Made by a program: the position numbers and the translations under genes
The notes under the pieces: generated by a model
What the model saw: the letters and a program-made list of their open reading frames with translations, nothing else
Database searches by the model: none
What the model was told of the DNA's origin: nothing
NCBI GenBank assembly: GCA_025451235.1
Contig: JANWKT010000034.1
Coordinates: 77,014-141,013 of the forward strand
Direction of reading: 5' to 3'
Source: Flavobacteriales bacterium
GTDB taxonomy: Bacteria; Bacteroidota; Bacteroidia; CAIKAF01
Length of the DNA stretch: 64,000 nucleotides
Shown: positions 29,251-39,545 of the stretch, piece after piece
Position numbering within the stretch: the first letter of the stretch is position 1
Layout: every line of letters begins with the position of its first letter

Positions 29251-30021
29251 TTACGAATGCTCCACCGCCACCTTGCTCTTATCGTACTGATCGTACTTTA
29301 CAAAAATTTCCTCCCCAGGCTGATACAAAGGAATGCTCGTATTTTTGATCACGCATTTTACGGTTCCTGCAAAGGCAGGTTCATTGTCGGGTAATACCTG
29401 AACTTCCATGGTAACTAAAGGATTATCACCATTCACATTTACTCCCATGGCGGTATATTTAGTAACAATGGCCTTGCAATAAATCCCGGTTGAACGAATA
29501 TCCTGGTTCACCTTTTCCATTTCCTCCAGTTTTTGCTTTAATTCTGCCACCTGCTCCGGAGAGGCATTCGCCAAAGGATTTGCATTGGGCACATCACCCT
29601 GCCGGATCAATACCACTTTCATGTTGTTTTTAGGATCTACCATAATAGGCACCTGTGTGCCAGGCTGAAATTGTGCAGCCTGAAGATAAGAGATCACCGT
29701 TTTTGTAACTGTATTGTAGGATGGTTTTCCAGGGATGGTTACCTGTAATTCAATTTTACATAATGGTTGATTATTGATCCGGGTACCTGTTTCCGAAATG
29801 GAAAGAACCGTGCCTGTTCCCGGGATCCCTGTTTTGATAAGTCTTGAATATTCCATAGAAGGTTTGATAAAAGCCCTGTACATAATAAAAAACATGAGCA
29901 GCAAAAAACCACCAACAAAGGCCCCTACCAAAGGGTCAGCCATAAAAGCGGCTGCCAGACCAATGCCTCCACCAACAAGTCCACCAACTAAACCTATAAT
30001 AGTACCTGCGTTTAATTTCAT
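29251..30021 (-). CDS. Membrane-anchored hypothetical protein with two tandem DUF3592-like beta domains
   Basis: N-terminal TM hairpin; two repeats 'TG......V.....G..IN..P.....V..P...........QPG....V.YD'. Confidence 0.65.
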   Translation of the reverse strand: MKLNAGTIIGLVGGLVGGGIGLAAAFMADPLVGAFVGGFLLLMFFIMYRAFIKPSMEYSRLIKTGIPGTGTVLSISETGTRINNQPLCKIELQVTIPGKPSYNTVTKTVISYLQAAQFQPGTQVPIMVDPKNNMKVVLIRQGDVPNANPLANASPEQVAELKQKLEEMEKVNQDIRSTGIYCKAIVTKYTAMGVNVNGDNPLVTMEVQVLPDNEPAFAGTVKCVIKNTSIPLYQPGEEIFVKYDQYDKSKVAVEHS

Positions 30022-30127
30022 ATTGATTTGATTGATTGAGGATAAATGTATTAAACAGACTGCAAATAAAAAAGGTTAAAGCCGTTTTTAGCTAATTCAC
30101 TGATTTTAAAGACAATTAATTATTGTG

Positions 30128-30135
30128 TAACTTTG
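30128..30135 (+). promoter_or_regulatory. -7 box immediately upstream of mnmA
   Basis: TAACTTTG followed by only 4 nt before the ATG. Confidence 0.6.
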
Positions 30136-30139
30136 CAGC

Positions 30140-31234
30140 ATGAGTAAGAAAGGCCGGGTATTGGTTGCCATGAGTGGTGGTATTGATAGCAGCGTAACTG
30201 CTTTGCTTTTGCACCAGCAAGGTTACGAGGTGATCGGTATTACCATGAAGACGTGGGACTATGCCAGTTCCGGTGGAAGCCGTAAAACAACCGGTTGCTG
30301 CAGCCTCGACGATATCAACGATGCACGTTCACTAGCAGTGGATCATAACTTTCCTCATTATATTTTGGATATCCGTGCAGAATTTGGGGATTTTATCATC
30401 GATAATTTTGTGGAAGAATATTTGGCTGGCAAAACTCCCAATCCTTGTGTTTTATGCAATACCCATATTAAATGGGATGCCTTGCTCAAAAGAGCAGACC
30501 AACTCGACTGCGAATTTATTGCAACCGGTCATTATGCTCAAGTTCGTAAAGGAGATCATGGTCGCTATATCATCTCAAAAGGATTGGATGAAACCAAAGA
30601 TCAATCTTATGTACTTTGGGGGTTGAAACAGGAAGCATTACAAAGGACCATATTCCCTTGTGGAGGCTATACAAAAAAAGAGATCCGCCAGCTGGCCATG
30701 GATTTTGGTTATGAATCCCTGAGTAAAAAAGCGGAGAGCTATGAAATATGTTTTATTCCTGATAATGATTATCGTGGGTTTTTAAAACGGAAAGTAGAAG
30801 GATTGGAAGAAAAAGTAAAAGGTGGACTCTTCATTGACAAGGATGGAAATATCCTGGGAGAGCATGAGGGTTATCCATTCTATACAGTGGGCCAGCGTAA
30901 AGGTCTGGGAATCGCATTGGGCAAACCTGCTTTTGTAACGAAGATCGTTCCGGAAACAAATACCGTGGTATTGGGGGATGAGGATGACTTGAGTGCCACT
31001 ACCATGCGTGTAAGAGACGTGAACATCGTTAAATACGAAAAGTTAGATGTTACCATTGAAGCACTAACAAAAATACGCTATAAAGACAAAGGACATTTCA
31101 GTTCCGTTACACAGGACGGTAAAAATGCCTATGTAACTTTCTTTGAGCCTGTGCAGGCTATCGCTCCAGGTCAATCTGCGGTTTTCTACGAAGGCAACGA
31201 TCTAATTGGTGGAGGATTTATTGCAAGAGACTAA
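30140..31234 (+). CDS. mnmA: tRNA 2-thiouridine(34) synthase
   Basis: VAMSGGIDSS, TPNPC..CN, ATGHYA, KDQSY, ESYEICF, GQRKG, PGQSAV. Confidence 0.97.
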   Translation: MSKKGRVLVAMSGGIDSSVTALLLHQQGYEVIGITMKTWDYASSGGSRKTTGCCSLDDINDARSLAVDHNFPHYILDIRAEFGDFIIDNFVEEYLAGKTPNPCVLCNTHIKWDALLKRADQLDCEFIATGHYAQVRKGDHGRYIISKGLDETKDQSYVLWGLKQEALQRTIFPCGGYTKKEIRQLAMDFGYESLSKKAESYEICFIPDNDYRGFLKRKVEGLEEKVKGGLFIDKDGNILGEHEGYPFYTVGQRKGLGIALGKPAFVTKIVPETNTVVLGDEDDLSATTMRVRDVNIVKYEKLDVTIEALTKIRYKDKGHFSSVTQDGKNAYVTFFEPVQAIAPGQSAVFYEGNDLIGGGFIARD

Positions 31235-31263
31235 GATGAGGTTGATGGGGGCAAGATAGTCCC

Positions 31264-31530
31264 TTATCTGAATACCGATTCGAACCTCTCCTTAAAGCTA
31301 TTCAATTCAGTAAATATTTCATTTGAAATTTTTTCAGCATCCTGTTTATCGGTATCGATCAGCGAAAAGCCTGCTTTGTTGAGCGCTAAGTCCACCACAT
31401 AAAAATCATGGTCATAATAAATATCGATCATCCTTGAGCCTGAAGGAAAATCGGATATATCATATTCAATCTTCCTTTCGGACAGAAAGTCGATAAGATA
31501 AGTGAGAAATATTTCAGAATGATAAGGCAT
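31264..31530 (-). CDS. Small acidic hypothetical protein
   Basis: 88-aa ORF with protein-like composition, downstream of a co-oriented gene. Confidence 0.55.
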   Translation of the reverse strand: MPYHSEIFLTYLIDFLSERKIEYDISDFPSGSRMIDIYYDHDFYVVDLALNKAGFSLIDTDKQDAEKISNEIFTELNSFKERFESVFR

Positions 31531-31645
31531 ACGAAAAATTTCTTCGTTGGTAAATATGCAAACCCGGTGAGATTTGCACCAATAAATATACGACCTTTTT
31601 GGTGAAGGTCATCCATTTTTTTTGAACAAAATAAGAAGAGGTTAA

Positions 31646-32548
31646 CTACTTGATATTCCGAATTCTTGCCATTACTCCTAATGGTAAATCCACCTTTTGC
31701 TCTGATGGTAAATAAATTTCGCCAATAGCATACTCGTTCGGGGTGATGTTGAATTTTTTAAGATCCGATTGCAACATATTATCGATGATAAGACTTGAAA
31801 ATCCCAACGAGTAGGTATTCAATATGAGAAAATATTCTTCTTTGTCTAACAATTGTAAAACATCCTTCAGCATTTCGTTGATGTTCTTTTCCAGTTTCCA
31901 GCTTTCACCACTGGGTCCATGGCCAAAGGCCGGAGGGTCCAGGATAATTCCATGGTAGGTCTTTCCTCTTTTTAGCTCCCGTTTTACAAATTTTACCGCA
32001 TCCTCCACTACCCAACGAATATCATGCAGTCCGGATGCTTCCATATTTCGATTGGCCCAGCTTACTACTTGCTTAATGCTATCCACATGATACGTTTCGG
32101 CCCCTGCTACATTGGCCGCCATAGATGCACCCCCTGTATATGCAAATAGGTTCAGGAATCTTGGATTGGTACTCTTTATCTTTTTAATGGATTCGTAAAT
32201 ATAATCCCAGTTGGTTGCTTGCTCAGGAAACACGCCTACATGTTTGAACCCGGTCAATGCCAGGTCAAAAATAATTTGATATTTAGGATGCTGGTAAATC
32301 AGTTCCCAATTATCGGGCATTTTTTTATACTTCTCCCATTTGCCAGAATTACTTGAAGTGCCTACAAAATTTACATGAGCTAGTGATTTCCATTCTTTAT
32401 CTGATAAGGCCTTGTCCCAAATAGCTTGTGGTTCTGGACGGATGAGGACATAATCCCCAAACCTTTCCAGTTTTTCGAAATTACCACAATCGATAAGTGA
32501 ATAATTTTTCCAGTTCTCCGGACTAAAAAGCTCGATCTTTTTACTCAT
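31646..32548 (-). CDS. Class I SAM-dependent methyltransferase (RlmI/YwbD-like)
   Basis: 'YSLIDCG..EKLERFG...RPEPQA.W', 'FKHVGVFPEQ', 'LNLFAYTG', 'ILDPPAFG'; start MSKKIE. Confidence 0.88.
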   Translation of the reverse strand: MSKKIELFSPENWKNYSLIDCGNFEKLERFGDYVLIRPEPQAIWDKALSDKEWKSLAHVNFVGTSSNSGKWEKYKKMPDNWELIYQHPKYQIIFDLALTGFKHVGVFPEQATNWDYIYESIKKIKSTNPRFLNLFAYTGGASMAANVAGAETYHVDSIKQVVSWANRNMEASGLHDIRWVVEDAVKFVKRELKRGKTYHGIILDPPAFGHGPSGESWKLEKNINEMLKDVLQLLDKEEYFLILNTYSLGFSSLIIDNMLQSDLKKFNITPNEYAIGEIYLPSEQKVDLPLGVMARIRNIK

Positions 32549-32568
32549 TCTTTTTCCTTTACATGGGG

Positions 32569-33270
32569 TTAAAAAGTAACTCCAATTTGTCCACTCCAAT
32601 AGATCATAGACATATTTTGAGTAAAAGTATTTTGTTGGGTATTGGTGCTACCCGAAATTCTTTCTTCCACGATTAAATTGGTGAAATGTGGTCGGGCATA
32701 CATATATTCCAATCCACTTCCCACATAAAAAGTTTTGTACACTCTGAATCGAAAAGAAAAATTGGCAGATACCATCCATCCACCACCGTATGACTGATAG
32801 GATTTATAATAAATGGTACCACTTTGTTTCACTTCGATATCCGGCATTTCGGCCCATAAATATCCGCCTGTAAAGGATACATCCAGGATCCATTTATCTT
32901 TTACCGGAGGTCTGTAAGCAAACATAATCCCTCCGGATGCATAGCCAAACCGGTATTTGTTGGCCGAAGGCCTCTGATCAATTCCGGATTGCTGGAACAC
33001 CATTTTTTTGATAGGATTTGTATTCACAGGCATTACCCCTAATCCTCCGGAAAAAACCAACCCAACATATTTAAAAGGTTTGATCCCCATCCTGAATTCA
33101 AGCATACCCCCTGTAGTAGCAAATCCGGAGGAGGAATCCTGCACCTGGTTGCTGGCAACCCTTCCTAAAGGAATAGCGACCCCGGAGCTCACCTGGATGT
33201 TGAGAATATCCTGTGCATTTAAAATAGTTACACCGGCGAATAATAAAAGGGTAAATAATGTCCTTTTCAT
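32569..33270 (-). CDS. Outer-membrane beta-barrel protein
   Basis: Signal peptide; 'GVAIPLG' start; alternating strands; terminal 'IGVTF'. Confidence 0.7.
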   Translation of the reverse strand: MKRTLFTLLLFAGVTILNAQDILNIQVSSGVAIPLGRVASNQVQDSSSGFATTGGMLEFRMGIKPFKYVGLVFSGGLGVMPVNTNPIKKMVFQQSGIDQRPSANKYRFGYASGGIMFAYRPPVKDKWILDVSFTGGYLWAEMPDIEVKQSGTIYYKSYQSYGGGWMVSANFSFRFRVYKTFYVGSGLEYMYARPHFTNLIVEERISGSTNTQQNTFTQNMSMIYWSGQIGVTF

Positions 33271-33373
33271 TGGGCACAAAGCTACTATTTTTAACTCATA
33301 CCGTAAAATTATCCCAAAATGAACGGAAGTTCAACATTTCCGGTATATTTGGGCTCATTAAAAAACCTAAATA

Positions 33374-33844
33374 ATGGCAATCAACGTTGGCGATAAAGCC
33401 CCTCAATTCAACCTATACAATAGTGATAAGCAACAGGTTTCATTGGAAAGCCTGCGCGGCAAGAATGTCCTGATCCATTTTTATCCGTTGGCTTTTACAG
33501 GGACATGTACCCTGCAATTATGCAATGCCAGGGACAATATGGAAGTATATACCAAATTGAATTGCACAGTCCTCGGAATTTCGATCGATACCCCTCATTC
33601 ACTCAAAGTTTTTAAAGAACAACAAGGTCTTACTTTTGATCTCCTGAGTGATTTTAATAAAACTGCTATCAAAGATTATGATATGGTGATCGAAAACTTT
33701 GCATTGGATATGCATGGGGTTTCGAAAAGGGGTGCCTTTATTGTAGATAAGGATGGAATTATCCGTTATGCCGAAGTTTGTCCAACCGTAAGTGATCAAC
33801 CTGATTATAATGCGATCAAGACCACATTGGAAGGTTTAAATTGA
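33374..33844 (+). CDS. Peroxiredoxin (AhpC/TSA family)
   Basis: 'VGDKAPQF', FYPLAFTGTC (PxxxTxxC), 'RGAFIVDKDGIIRY'; TATATTTG -7 box at 33344-33351. Confidence 0.9.
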   Translation: MAINVGDKAPQFNLYNSDKQQVSLESLRGKNVLIHFYPLAFTGTCTLQLCNARDNMEVYTKLNCTVLGISIDTPHSLKVFKEQQGLTFDLLSDFNKTAIKDYDMVIENFALDMHGVSKRGAFIVDKDGIIRYAEVCPTVSDQPDYNAIKTTLEGLN

Positions 33845-33849
33845 GGAAA

Positions 33850-34275
33850 TTATTTCCGCTCAAGCACCATCGTTGTTAGACGACTGATGGCTACCAATTT
33901 TCCGGCTTCATTTTTTATTTCAATACCCCATACATGGGTACTCCTGCCTACATGGACTGGTTTACAATAACCTGTTACAAATCCACCGGTTTCCGAACGG
34001 AGATGGTTAATATTCAATTCAAGTCCAACAGGAATATTTTTTTCTACATCTATGTACATCATAGAGGCCACACTTCCCAATGTTTCGGCCAAGGCCGCTG
34101 ATGCTCCTCCATGCAGGATCCTGAAGGGTTGGACAGTTCTGCTATCCACCGGCATTCTTGCGACCACTGTATCATTTGTGATCTCTAAAAATTCAATGCC
34201 CAGGTTTTCGCCCATGGTATTTTTGTTAAGGTCATTGAGATCCTTGATGCTGTAACTTTTAAACCAGATGCTCAT
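33850..34275 (-). CDS. Hotdog-fold thioesterase (MenI/DHNA-CoA hydrolase-like)
   Basis: 'MPVDSRTVQPFRILHGGASAALAETLGS', 'GLELNINHLR', 'HVGRSTHVW'. Confidence 0.9.
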   Translation of the reverse strand: MSIWFKSYSIKDLNDLNKNTMGENLGIEFLEITNDTVVARMPVDSRTVQPFRILHGGASAALAETLGSVASMMYIDVEKNIPVGLELNINHLRSETGGFVTGYCKPVHVGRSTHVWGIEIKNEAGKLVAISRLTTMVLERK

Positions 34276-34323
34276 ATATTAGGTTAATGGTTAATAGTAA
34301 TTGGTAATTGATCAATTATGAGT

Positions 34324-35886
34324 TTAACTTCGCGAAAATATTTCCCACCTGTTTTTGGGTCTTCTATGGATCAGCCATTCAAAACCATCCAGTTTATAAT
34401 CAGCAGGGTTTACTTTTTCCAATGGCCACAATACTCCTTCAGGTTTCTTTTTAAAAATGATTTTTTCTATGGTCTTGGCTTCAATAAGAATGGTGATATC
34501 AATACAATCCACGATGTTCATTCCAATGATGGTACCATCGTCCTCCTTCGGGAAATAAATGGTTTTTCCACTGCCGAATACATCCACCCTAGATAAATTA
34601 TTGTCCTTGAAATATCCTTTCATAATATCTCCTCCGATCTGGTTAAACATCACCGAATCTTCCTGCGAAATAATGAGGGCCGTGGTAAGCATTTCCATCC
34701 AATATATCTTGCTCTTACCAATGTTCACAATAATATGTTCCGCTGTTACCTGGTTTTCTTCATTCCAGATCACCGGCTTGTAGAACATTCTCAATAAACT
34801 ATCTGCTTGAGTATAGGTTAGGGAGTCGCATGCTCCCTGCATATCGGACTTATAAAACTTTACATGGTGAAAACAATTCAAAACCCTCCGATCCATGGTA
34901 TCCTGTATGGCCAATAAAGTATCGGCATGCATGAACAAAGTATCTCCTATATCAAATACCTGCACCATTTGTGCACTATCGGTAACCAGATATCTTTCAA
35001 TATTACGTTGGGTTTCGGCATATTGTCCATATACGGTTACGTTTTCTACAGTGTCTTCAATGGAAACATTCCCAATAGCCCTTCCATATCCTTTTTGCCT
35101 TTCATAATACAAACTGTCGCCTTTTAAGATATTATTCTCTGCAATTACATAAGCATTCTTGTTGAATTGAGCACGGTCATTCGGTTTATCGTACCAGCCG
35201 TTTTCGCAATAGATATAACTTTGAGGACTTACGATGGTGGATGGTCCTTTAAAATAGGTAACATCCGTTACTGTGTTGTAGATCATGGTATCGGAGTACA
35301 AAGTATACTCCGAATTCTTTAGTACCACATCACCCTTAAAGGCAAATTCCTTTTTTGAAATATAATAATACCCCTTTTTACTTGTCAACTGGTCGTTTTG
35401 GGTAATGGTGCTAGATGAATCGGAATAGTAAGCCAATCCGGCGTTTCTATCATAGGTGATTTGCTCACTGTTAAGGGTGATCTGTTTATCAATTAACCGA
35501 ACTTTTTTCTTTAAAATGGCGATTCTTTTGTTTCCATCATATTCCATCTCTTCCCCATATAGATCCAAAGAGTCGCCTTGTTGAATATGGATATGACCAT
35601 AAGCACGTGCAAGGTTGTCTTGGTCGGAAATAATGGCGCTGTCACAAAACATCATGGCTCCTTCGTGGTGAAGGACCACTTTGCCCACCAGTTTCTGAAA
35701 TGATTTTCCTTTGACATTGTATCCGGTTAGCATATCAGCATTGTAAATATCGATCACTTTAACCGAATCATTGGGAGTATTTTGTGCATAGGTATGAGAA
35801 ACCACTAAAAGCAGAAGAAGACAGCCCCTGGTTTTATTCAAAATCTTTTGAGTGCTGATGATGATATTATGCAATAACAAGTTCAT
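34324..35886 (-). CDS. OstA-like (LptA/LptD N-terminal beta-jellyroll) protein
   Basis: 'L.G.V...HEGA.M.CDSA......A.G.I.I.QGDS' and repeated jellyroll units; overlaps purA 3' end (start uncertain). Confidence 0.85.
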   Translation of the reverse strand: MNLLLHNIIISTQKILNKTRGCLLLLLVVSHTYAQNTPNDSVKVIDIYNADMLTGYNVKGKSFQKLVGKVVLHHEGAMMFCDSAIISDQDNLARAYGHIHIQQGDSLDLYGEEMEYDGNKRIAILKKKVRLIDKQITLNSEQITYDRNAGLAYYSDSSSTITQNDQLTSKKGYYYISKKEFAFKGDVVLKNSEYTLYSDTMIYNTVTDVTYFKGPSTIVSPQSYIYCENGWYDKPNDRAQFNKNAYVIAENNILKGDSLYYERQKGYGRAIGNVSIEDTVENVTVYGQYAETQRNIERYLVTDSAQMVQVFDIGDTLFMHADTLLAIQDTMDRRVLNCFHHVKFYKSDMQGACDSLTYTQADSLLRMFYKPVIWNEENQVTAEHIIVNIGKSKIYWMEMLTTALIISQEDSVMFNQIGGDIMKGYFKDNNLSRVDVFGSGKTIYFPKEDDGTIIGMNIVDCIDITILIEAKTIEKIIFKKKPEGVLWPLEKVNPADYKLDGFEWLIHRRPKNRWEIFSRS

Positions 35887-37159
35887 TCCGGATGATCGTT
35901 TGTTCCCTGTCAGGGCCCAACGAAATTACTGTGATGGGGACTTTTACTTCCTGCTCGATAAACTGGATATATGCCATAAACTCAGCCGGGAGTTCATCCA
36001 TTGCTCTGCATTGTGTAAGATCAGCCTTCCACCCTTTCATGGTTTTATATACTGGTTTTAGTTCATTGTTCACCACATCAAACGGGATATGACTGGTTTT
36101 ATTTCCATTCAATTCATATTGAATACAGACCTTTAACTCTTCGAATCCTGAAAGCACGTCGGCCTTCATCATGATCAGCTGGGTAACCCCATTGATCTGG
36201 ATAGCATATTTTAAAGCAGGAATATCCAGCCAGCCGCAACGCCTGGGTCGGCCCGTAGTTGAACCGAATTCACGCCCTACCTGTCTCATTTTTTCTCCGA
36301 TCTCATCGTGCAATTCCGTAGGAAAAGGGCCACTGCCCACTCTTGTGCAATAGGCTTTAAATATCCCGAACACCTCACCAATCCTGTTGGGTGCAATTCC
36401 CAATCCGGTGCAAGCTCCTGCACAAACTGTATTGGAGGAGGTAACGAAGGGATAACTTCCGAAATCAATGTCCAATAAAGTTCCCTGAGCACCTTCTGCA
36501 AGCACTTTTTTACCATCCTGAATGTATTCGTTCACCATATGTTCGCTATCCACCAGGTTGAGTTTCGAGAACAATTGGAGGCTTTCCATCCACTCTTTTT
36601 CAGCGGCCGGAAGATCAAAATCCTTAAAGTTGTACGAATTGATCATTTCCAGATGCTTCTTTTTTAATGCTGCATATTTTTCAGAAAAATTGTTCAATTC
36701 AGTATCACCCACCCTTAATCCATTCCTTCCGGTTTTATCCATATAAGTGGGGCCGATCCCTTTTAAGGTCGAGCCGATCTTCGCCAATCCTTTCGATGCT
36801 TCTGAGGCAGCATCCAATATTTTATGGGTAGGCAAAATAAGATGGGCCTTACGTGATACAAATAAATTTTTGCTTACATCCACCCCTCTTTCGGTAAGTT
36901 TTTCAATTTCCTTTTTTAGAATGATCGGATCAATCACTACTCCATTTCCTATCAGGTTAATTTTATCAGGATGAAAAATCCCGCTGGGAATGGTATGCAA
37001 TACATGTTTGATCCCATCAAATTCCAAGGTATGTCCAGCATTAGGACCTCCCTGAAACCTTGCGATCATTTGATAATGCGGAGTAAGTACATCCACAATT
37101 TTCCCTTTTCCTTCATCGCCCCATTGCAATCCTAATAATACATCTGCTTTTGTTGTCAT
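35867..37159 (-). CDS. purA: Adenylosuccinate synthetase
   Basis: GLQWGDEGKGK, GGPNAGHT, EGAQG, TTGRPRRCGW. Confidence 0.98.
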   Translation of the reverse strand: MTTKADVLLGLQWGDEGKGKIVDVLTPHYQMIARFQGGPNAGHTLEFDGIKHVLHTIPSGIFHPDKINLIGNGVVIDPIILKKEIEKLTERGVDVSKNLFVSRKAHLILPTHKILDAASEASKGLAKIGSTLKGIGPTYMDKTGRNGLRVGDTELNNFSEKYAALKKKHLEMINSYNFKDFDLPAAEKEWMESLQLFSKLNLVDSEHMVNEYIQDGKKVLAEGAQGTLLDIDFGSYPFVTSSNTVCAGACTGLGIAPNRIGEVFGIFKAYCTRVGSGPFPTELHDEIGEKMRQVGREFGSTTGRPRRCGWLDIPALKYAIQINGVTQLIMMKADVLSGFEELKVCIQYELNGNKTSHIPFDVVNNELKPVYKTMKGWKADLTQCRAMDELPAEFMAYIQFIEQEVKVPITVISLGPDREQTIIRNELVIA

Positions 37160-37180
37160 TCTATATTTTTTATTGAGCCA

Positions 37181-37528
37181 TCAGCTTTTTTTCACTTTTG
37201 CTGCCGCGGATTTTCTATCGTTCGTTATGGTAAAAATATTACTTAGTTTGGTGATAATGAAGAGGGATTGTATATGTGTTGATAAGTTACACAGAATGGT
37301 CTCCCCTCCTTCGTTTCTTGACTTAGTGAGTATGTGCAACAAAACATTGAGTCCTTCACTGCTGAGGTGGTTTACCTTACCCAGGTCGATGATAAAATTC
37401 TTATGCTGCTTGAGGTCGTTGTCAACCGTTTCGAGCATTTCTCTCCCATCAAATGCGGATAAAAGGCTTCCATCGAGAATAAGCAAAGCATAATCTTTTT
37501 TCGATTCGAATTTATAGCTGAACGACAT
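37181..37528 (-). CDS. STAS-domain anti-sigma factor antagonist
   Basis: 'IIDL.KV.HLSSEGL..L' phospho-acceptor loop; 'LF.ITKL..IF'. Confidence 0.85.
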   Translation of the reverse strand: MSFSYKFESKKDYALLILDGSLLSAFDGREMLETVDNDLKQHKNFIIDLGKVNHLSSEGLNVLLHILTKSRNEGGETILCNLSTHIQSLFIITKLSNIFTITNDRKSAAAKVKKS

Positions 37529-37533
37529 GATGA

Positions 37534-38031
37534 TTAGGCTTTTGAGTTTGAAACTGAACTCACTTGTTTATTCTTCAACTTTTCGGAGCAAACGTTGTTC
37601 TTACAACTTCCGTAAAGAATAAAGCTATGGTTCATCACATCGAAATTGAGCAGTTCGGCAATGCCAGATTGAATATGATGTAATCGCGGGTCGCAAAACT
37701 CCACCACTTTGCCGCAATCGGTACAGATCAAATGGTCATGCTGGCGATGACCCACTGTTTTTTCATATTGAGCCAAACTTGAACTGAACTGATGTTTTCT
37801 CACCAGGTCGCATTCCAACAAAAGATCCAATGTATTGTATACGGTTGCTCTGCTAACCCGGTACTTGCGATTTTTCATGTTGATATACAACTCTTCTACA
37901 TCAAAATGCTCATGCCGGCGGTAAATTTCATCCAAAATGGCAAAACGTTCAGGTGTTTTGCGATGGCCTTTACTTTCCAAGAACTCTTCGAATATCTTTT
38001 TTACCTTTTCGAATATTTCAGGCGAACTCAT
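37534..38031 (-). CDS. fur: Fur family transcriptional repressor
   Basis: [38 protein letters not shown]. Confidence 0.9.
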   Translation of the reverse strand: MSSPEIFEKVKKIFEEFLESKGHRKTPERFAILDEIYRRHEHFDVEELYINMKNRKYRVSRATVYNTLDLLLECDLVRKHQFSSSLAQYEKTVGHRQHDHLICTDCGKVVEFCDPRLHHIQSGIAELLNFDVMNHSFILYGSCKNNVCSEKLKNKQVSSVSNSKA

Positions 38032-38047
38032 GTTTTAGTTATTGGTT

Positions 38048-38063
38048 CCCGATAGCTATCGGG
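38048..38063. repeat. Perfect 16-bp palindrome CCCGATAGCTATCGGG (REP-like)
   Basis: Seen directly; a one-mismatch copy lies at 62150-62165. Confidence 0.75.
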
Positions 38064-38137
38064 CGGTTATTGTAAACCTGTTACTACTACTTGCAAATGT
38101 ATGAATTTTTATTGATTTCCAGGCCTCCAGATATAGC

Positions 38138-38434
38138 CTAACCTCCATAGGGGCCCTGTTCCGAAAGTGCTGGCAGGTTGTTATTGATATAGACCTGAAA
38201 TAGCTCATAAAGGAAAGGATTTACCTGGTTTCCGGCCTGACCCAAAAACTCTACGCAAAACTTGCCAGGTCCGATCCTCTCCAGAATATCCTGATCGGTC
38301 TTGATTACCGCATGCACCACGGCTCCCATTTCATTAAAATCCTGTATTTTTTCTAAAAGAAGGAGAGATGCTGCACCTGTTTTAGGGATCACGATGTATA
38401 TTACATCCAAGTGTGAAATAATTTCAGCTTTCAT
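38138..38434 (-). CDS. Hypothetical protein
   Basis: 98-aa ATG ORF co-oriented with neighbours; no recognisable motif. Confidence 0.4.
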   Translation of the reverse strand: MKAEIISHLDVIYIVIPKTGAASLLLLEKIQDFNEMGAVVHAVIKTDQDILERIGPGKFCVEFLGQAGNQVNPFLYELFQVYINNNLPALSEQGPYGG

Positions 38435-38532
38435 CGAGGTAAGAAGTTTGAGTAGTAATTATATAAAGATATACTTTTTACCCAAATAAATCCCATAGCC
38501 TTAAAGCTCCCCCCAAGTACCCAGCAAGTAAC

Positions 38533-38582
38533 AAGCCTGCCTGGCGCAGTACAGGCCGACGCCCTGCCTGCCGGAGCGTTGG
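38533..38582. repeat. GC-rich CCTGCCTGCCGG-type dispersed repeat
   Basis: 38563-38582 is 17/20 identical, in inverted orientation, to 50186-50205. Confidence 0.65.
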
Positions 38583-38681
38583 TCTGACCATAGGCGGATA
38601 GGCAGCATCCCGGAACTGTGAAATATAAGGAGTACCCTAAGGTCACGGATACAAACGATCCTATGGAAGCGGATGCCAACG

Positions 38682-39515
38682 TTAAACAAAAAGAACTACG
38701 ATGGCAATGATGGATAAAATAATGGCGAGGATGCCCAAAATAAGAGAAATAGTTACCCTGCTATCCTTAGTTCTTAAACCCGCCAGCGCCATAATAGAAC
38801 CAATGAACCCTTCTATTAAAGAAATACAACCAATGATAAATCCTATGACGTTGAGGGGGCTCCCAAAAAAACTAAAAATAAAGGCAAGCGTGGCTGAGAA
38901 CACAGCCAAAATAGTTACTACCAATATGGCCACTACAAAACCTCCTTGATCAGAGACTGGTCTTTGATCTGAATTAGTGGAAGGATTCGGACGATAAAAA
39001 TCACCGTTTTTTAAATGAATAACATCTACTCTTGAACTTGACACGACATACGTAGGACCATCAGGGTTGTTACATTTTTTATACTTGATCTCAGTATCCG
39101 TAATTTCGGAAACAAGTACTTCTATTTGTGTTCCATCCTTTAAAACGAGTAGATCACACTCCTCCGCATCTAATGCATTTTTTTTATCAACCGAAAGCGA
39201 ATTTCTTTGGATTGATTCCTTTCTAACAGTTCCATGTCCTGACTTCTCAGTCATTTTTTCCGTAATGAGCAGGTCATCCTTTAAAGAGTCGGTAGTAACT
39301 TGTGGACTTGCGGGTACAGAAAGTATGGCCGTTTCCAATTTGTTTTTTTTAATCAGATCCGAACGATGGTGATGGTCTCTCTTTGCATGGGATGTTTCGA
39401 TATGATATCCTGGTCGGTATCTTCTTTTTTCGATGGTAAGAGAACATGAAAAGAATGAAAAAGAAACCATTATCAAAAGAAAAACAGAAAATATTTTGTG
39501 TGGGGTACGTATCAT
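38682..39515 (-). CDS. KRRYRPGY-family lipoprotein-like membrane protein (paralogue B4)
   Basis: FS-C-SLTIEKRRYRPGYHIE; central 'ECD.....G..I......I.....KY.KC....GP' domain; three C-terminal TM helices (DUF4190-like). Confidence 0.8.
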   Translation of the reverse strand: MIRTPHKIFSVFLLIMVSFSFFSCSLTIEKRRYRPGYHIETSHAKRDHHHRSDLIKKNKLETAILSVPASPQVTTDSLKDDLLITEKMTEKSGHGTVRKESIQRNSLSVDKKNALDAEECDLLVLKDGTQIEVLVSEITDTEIKYKKCNNPDGPTYVVSSSRVDVIHLKNGDFYRPNPSTNSDQRPVSDQGGFVVAILVVTILAVFSATLAFIFSFFGSPLNVIGFIIGCISLIEGFIGSIMALAGLRTKDSRVTISLILGILAIILSIIAIVVLFV

Positions 39516-39545
39516 CTCAGGTCTGTATACATTATTAAATCTGAT

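Noticed and set aside
34281-34320. Short degenerate heptamer-like repeats (also 15421-15450, 62056-62093) as CRISPR or phase-variable tracts
   Set aside because: Units are 7-8 nt, degenerate and have no spacers; these are ordinary intergenic short repeats.
38136-38687. Integron attC-like core sites (GCCTAAC at 38136; GTTTAAC spanning the B4 stop codon) suggesting the paralogue array is a cassette array
   Set aside because: No matching GTTRRRY partner at attC distance, the other array genes are mostly separated by only a few to about 50 nt with no hairpins, and no integrase is present.
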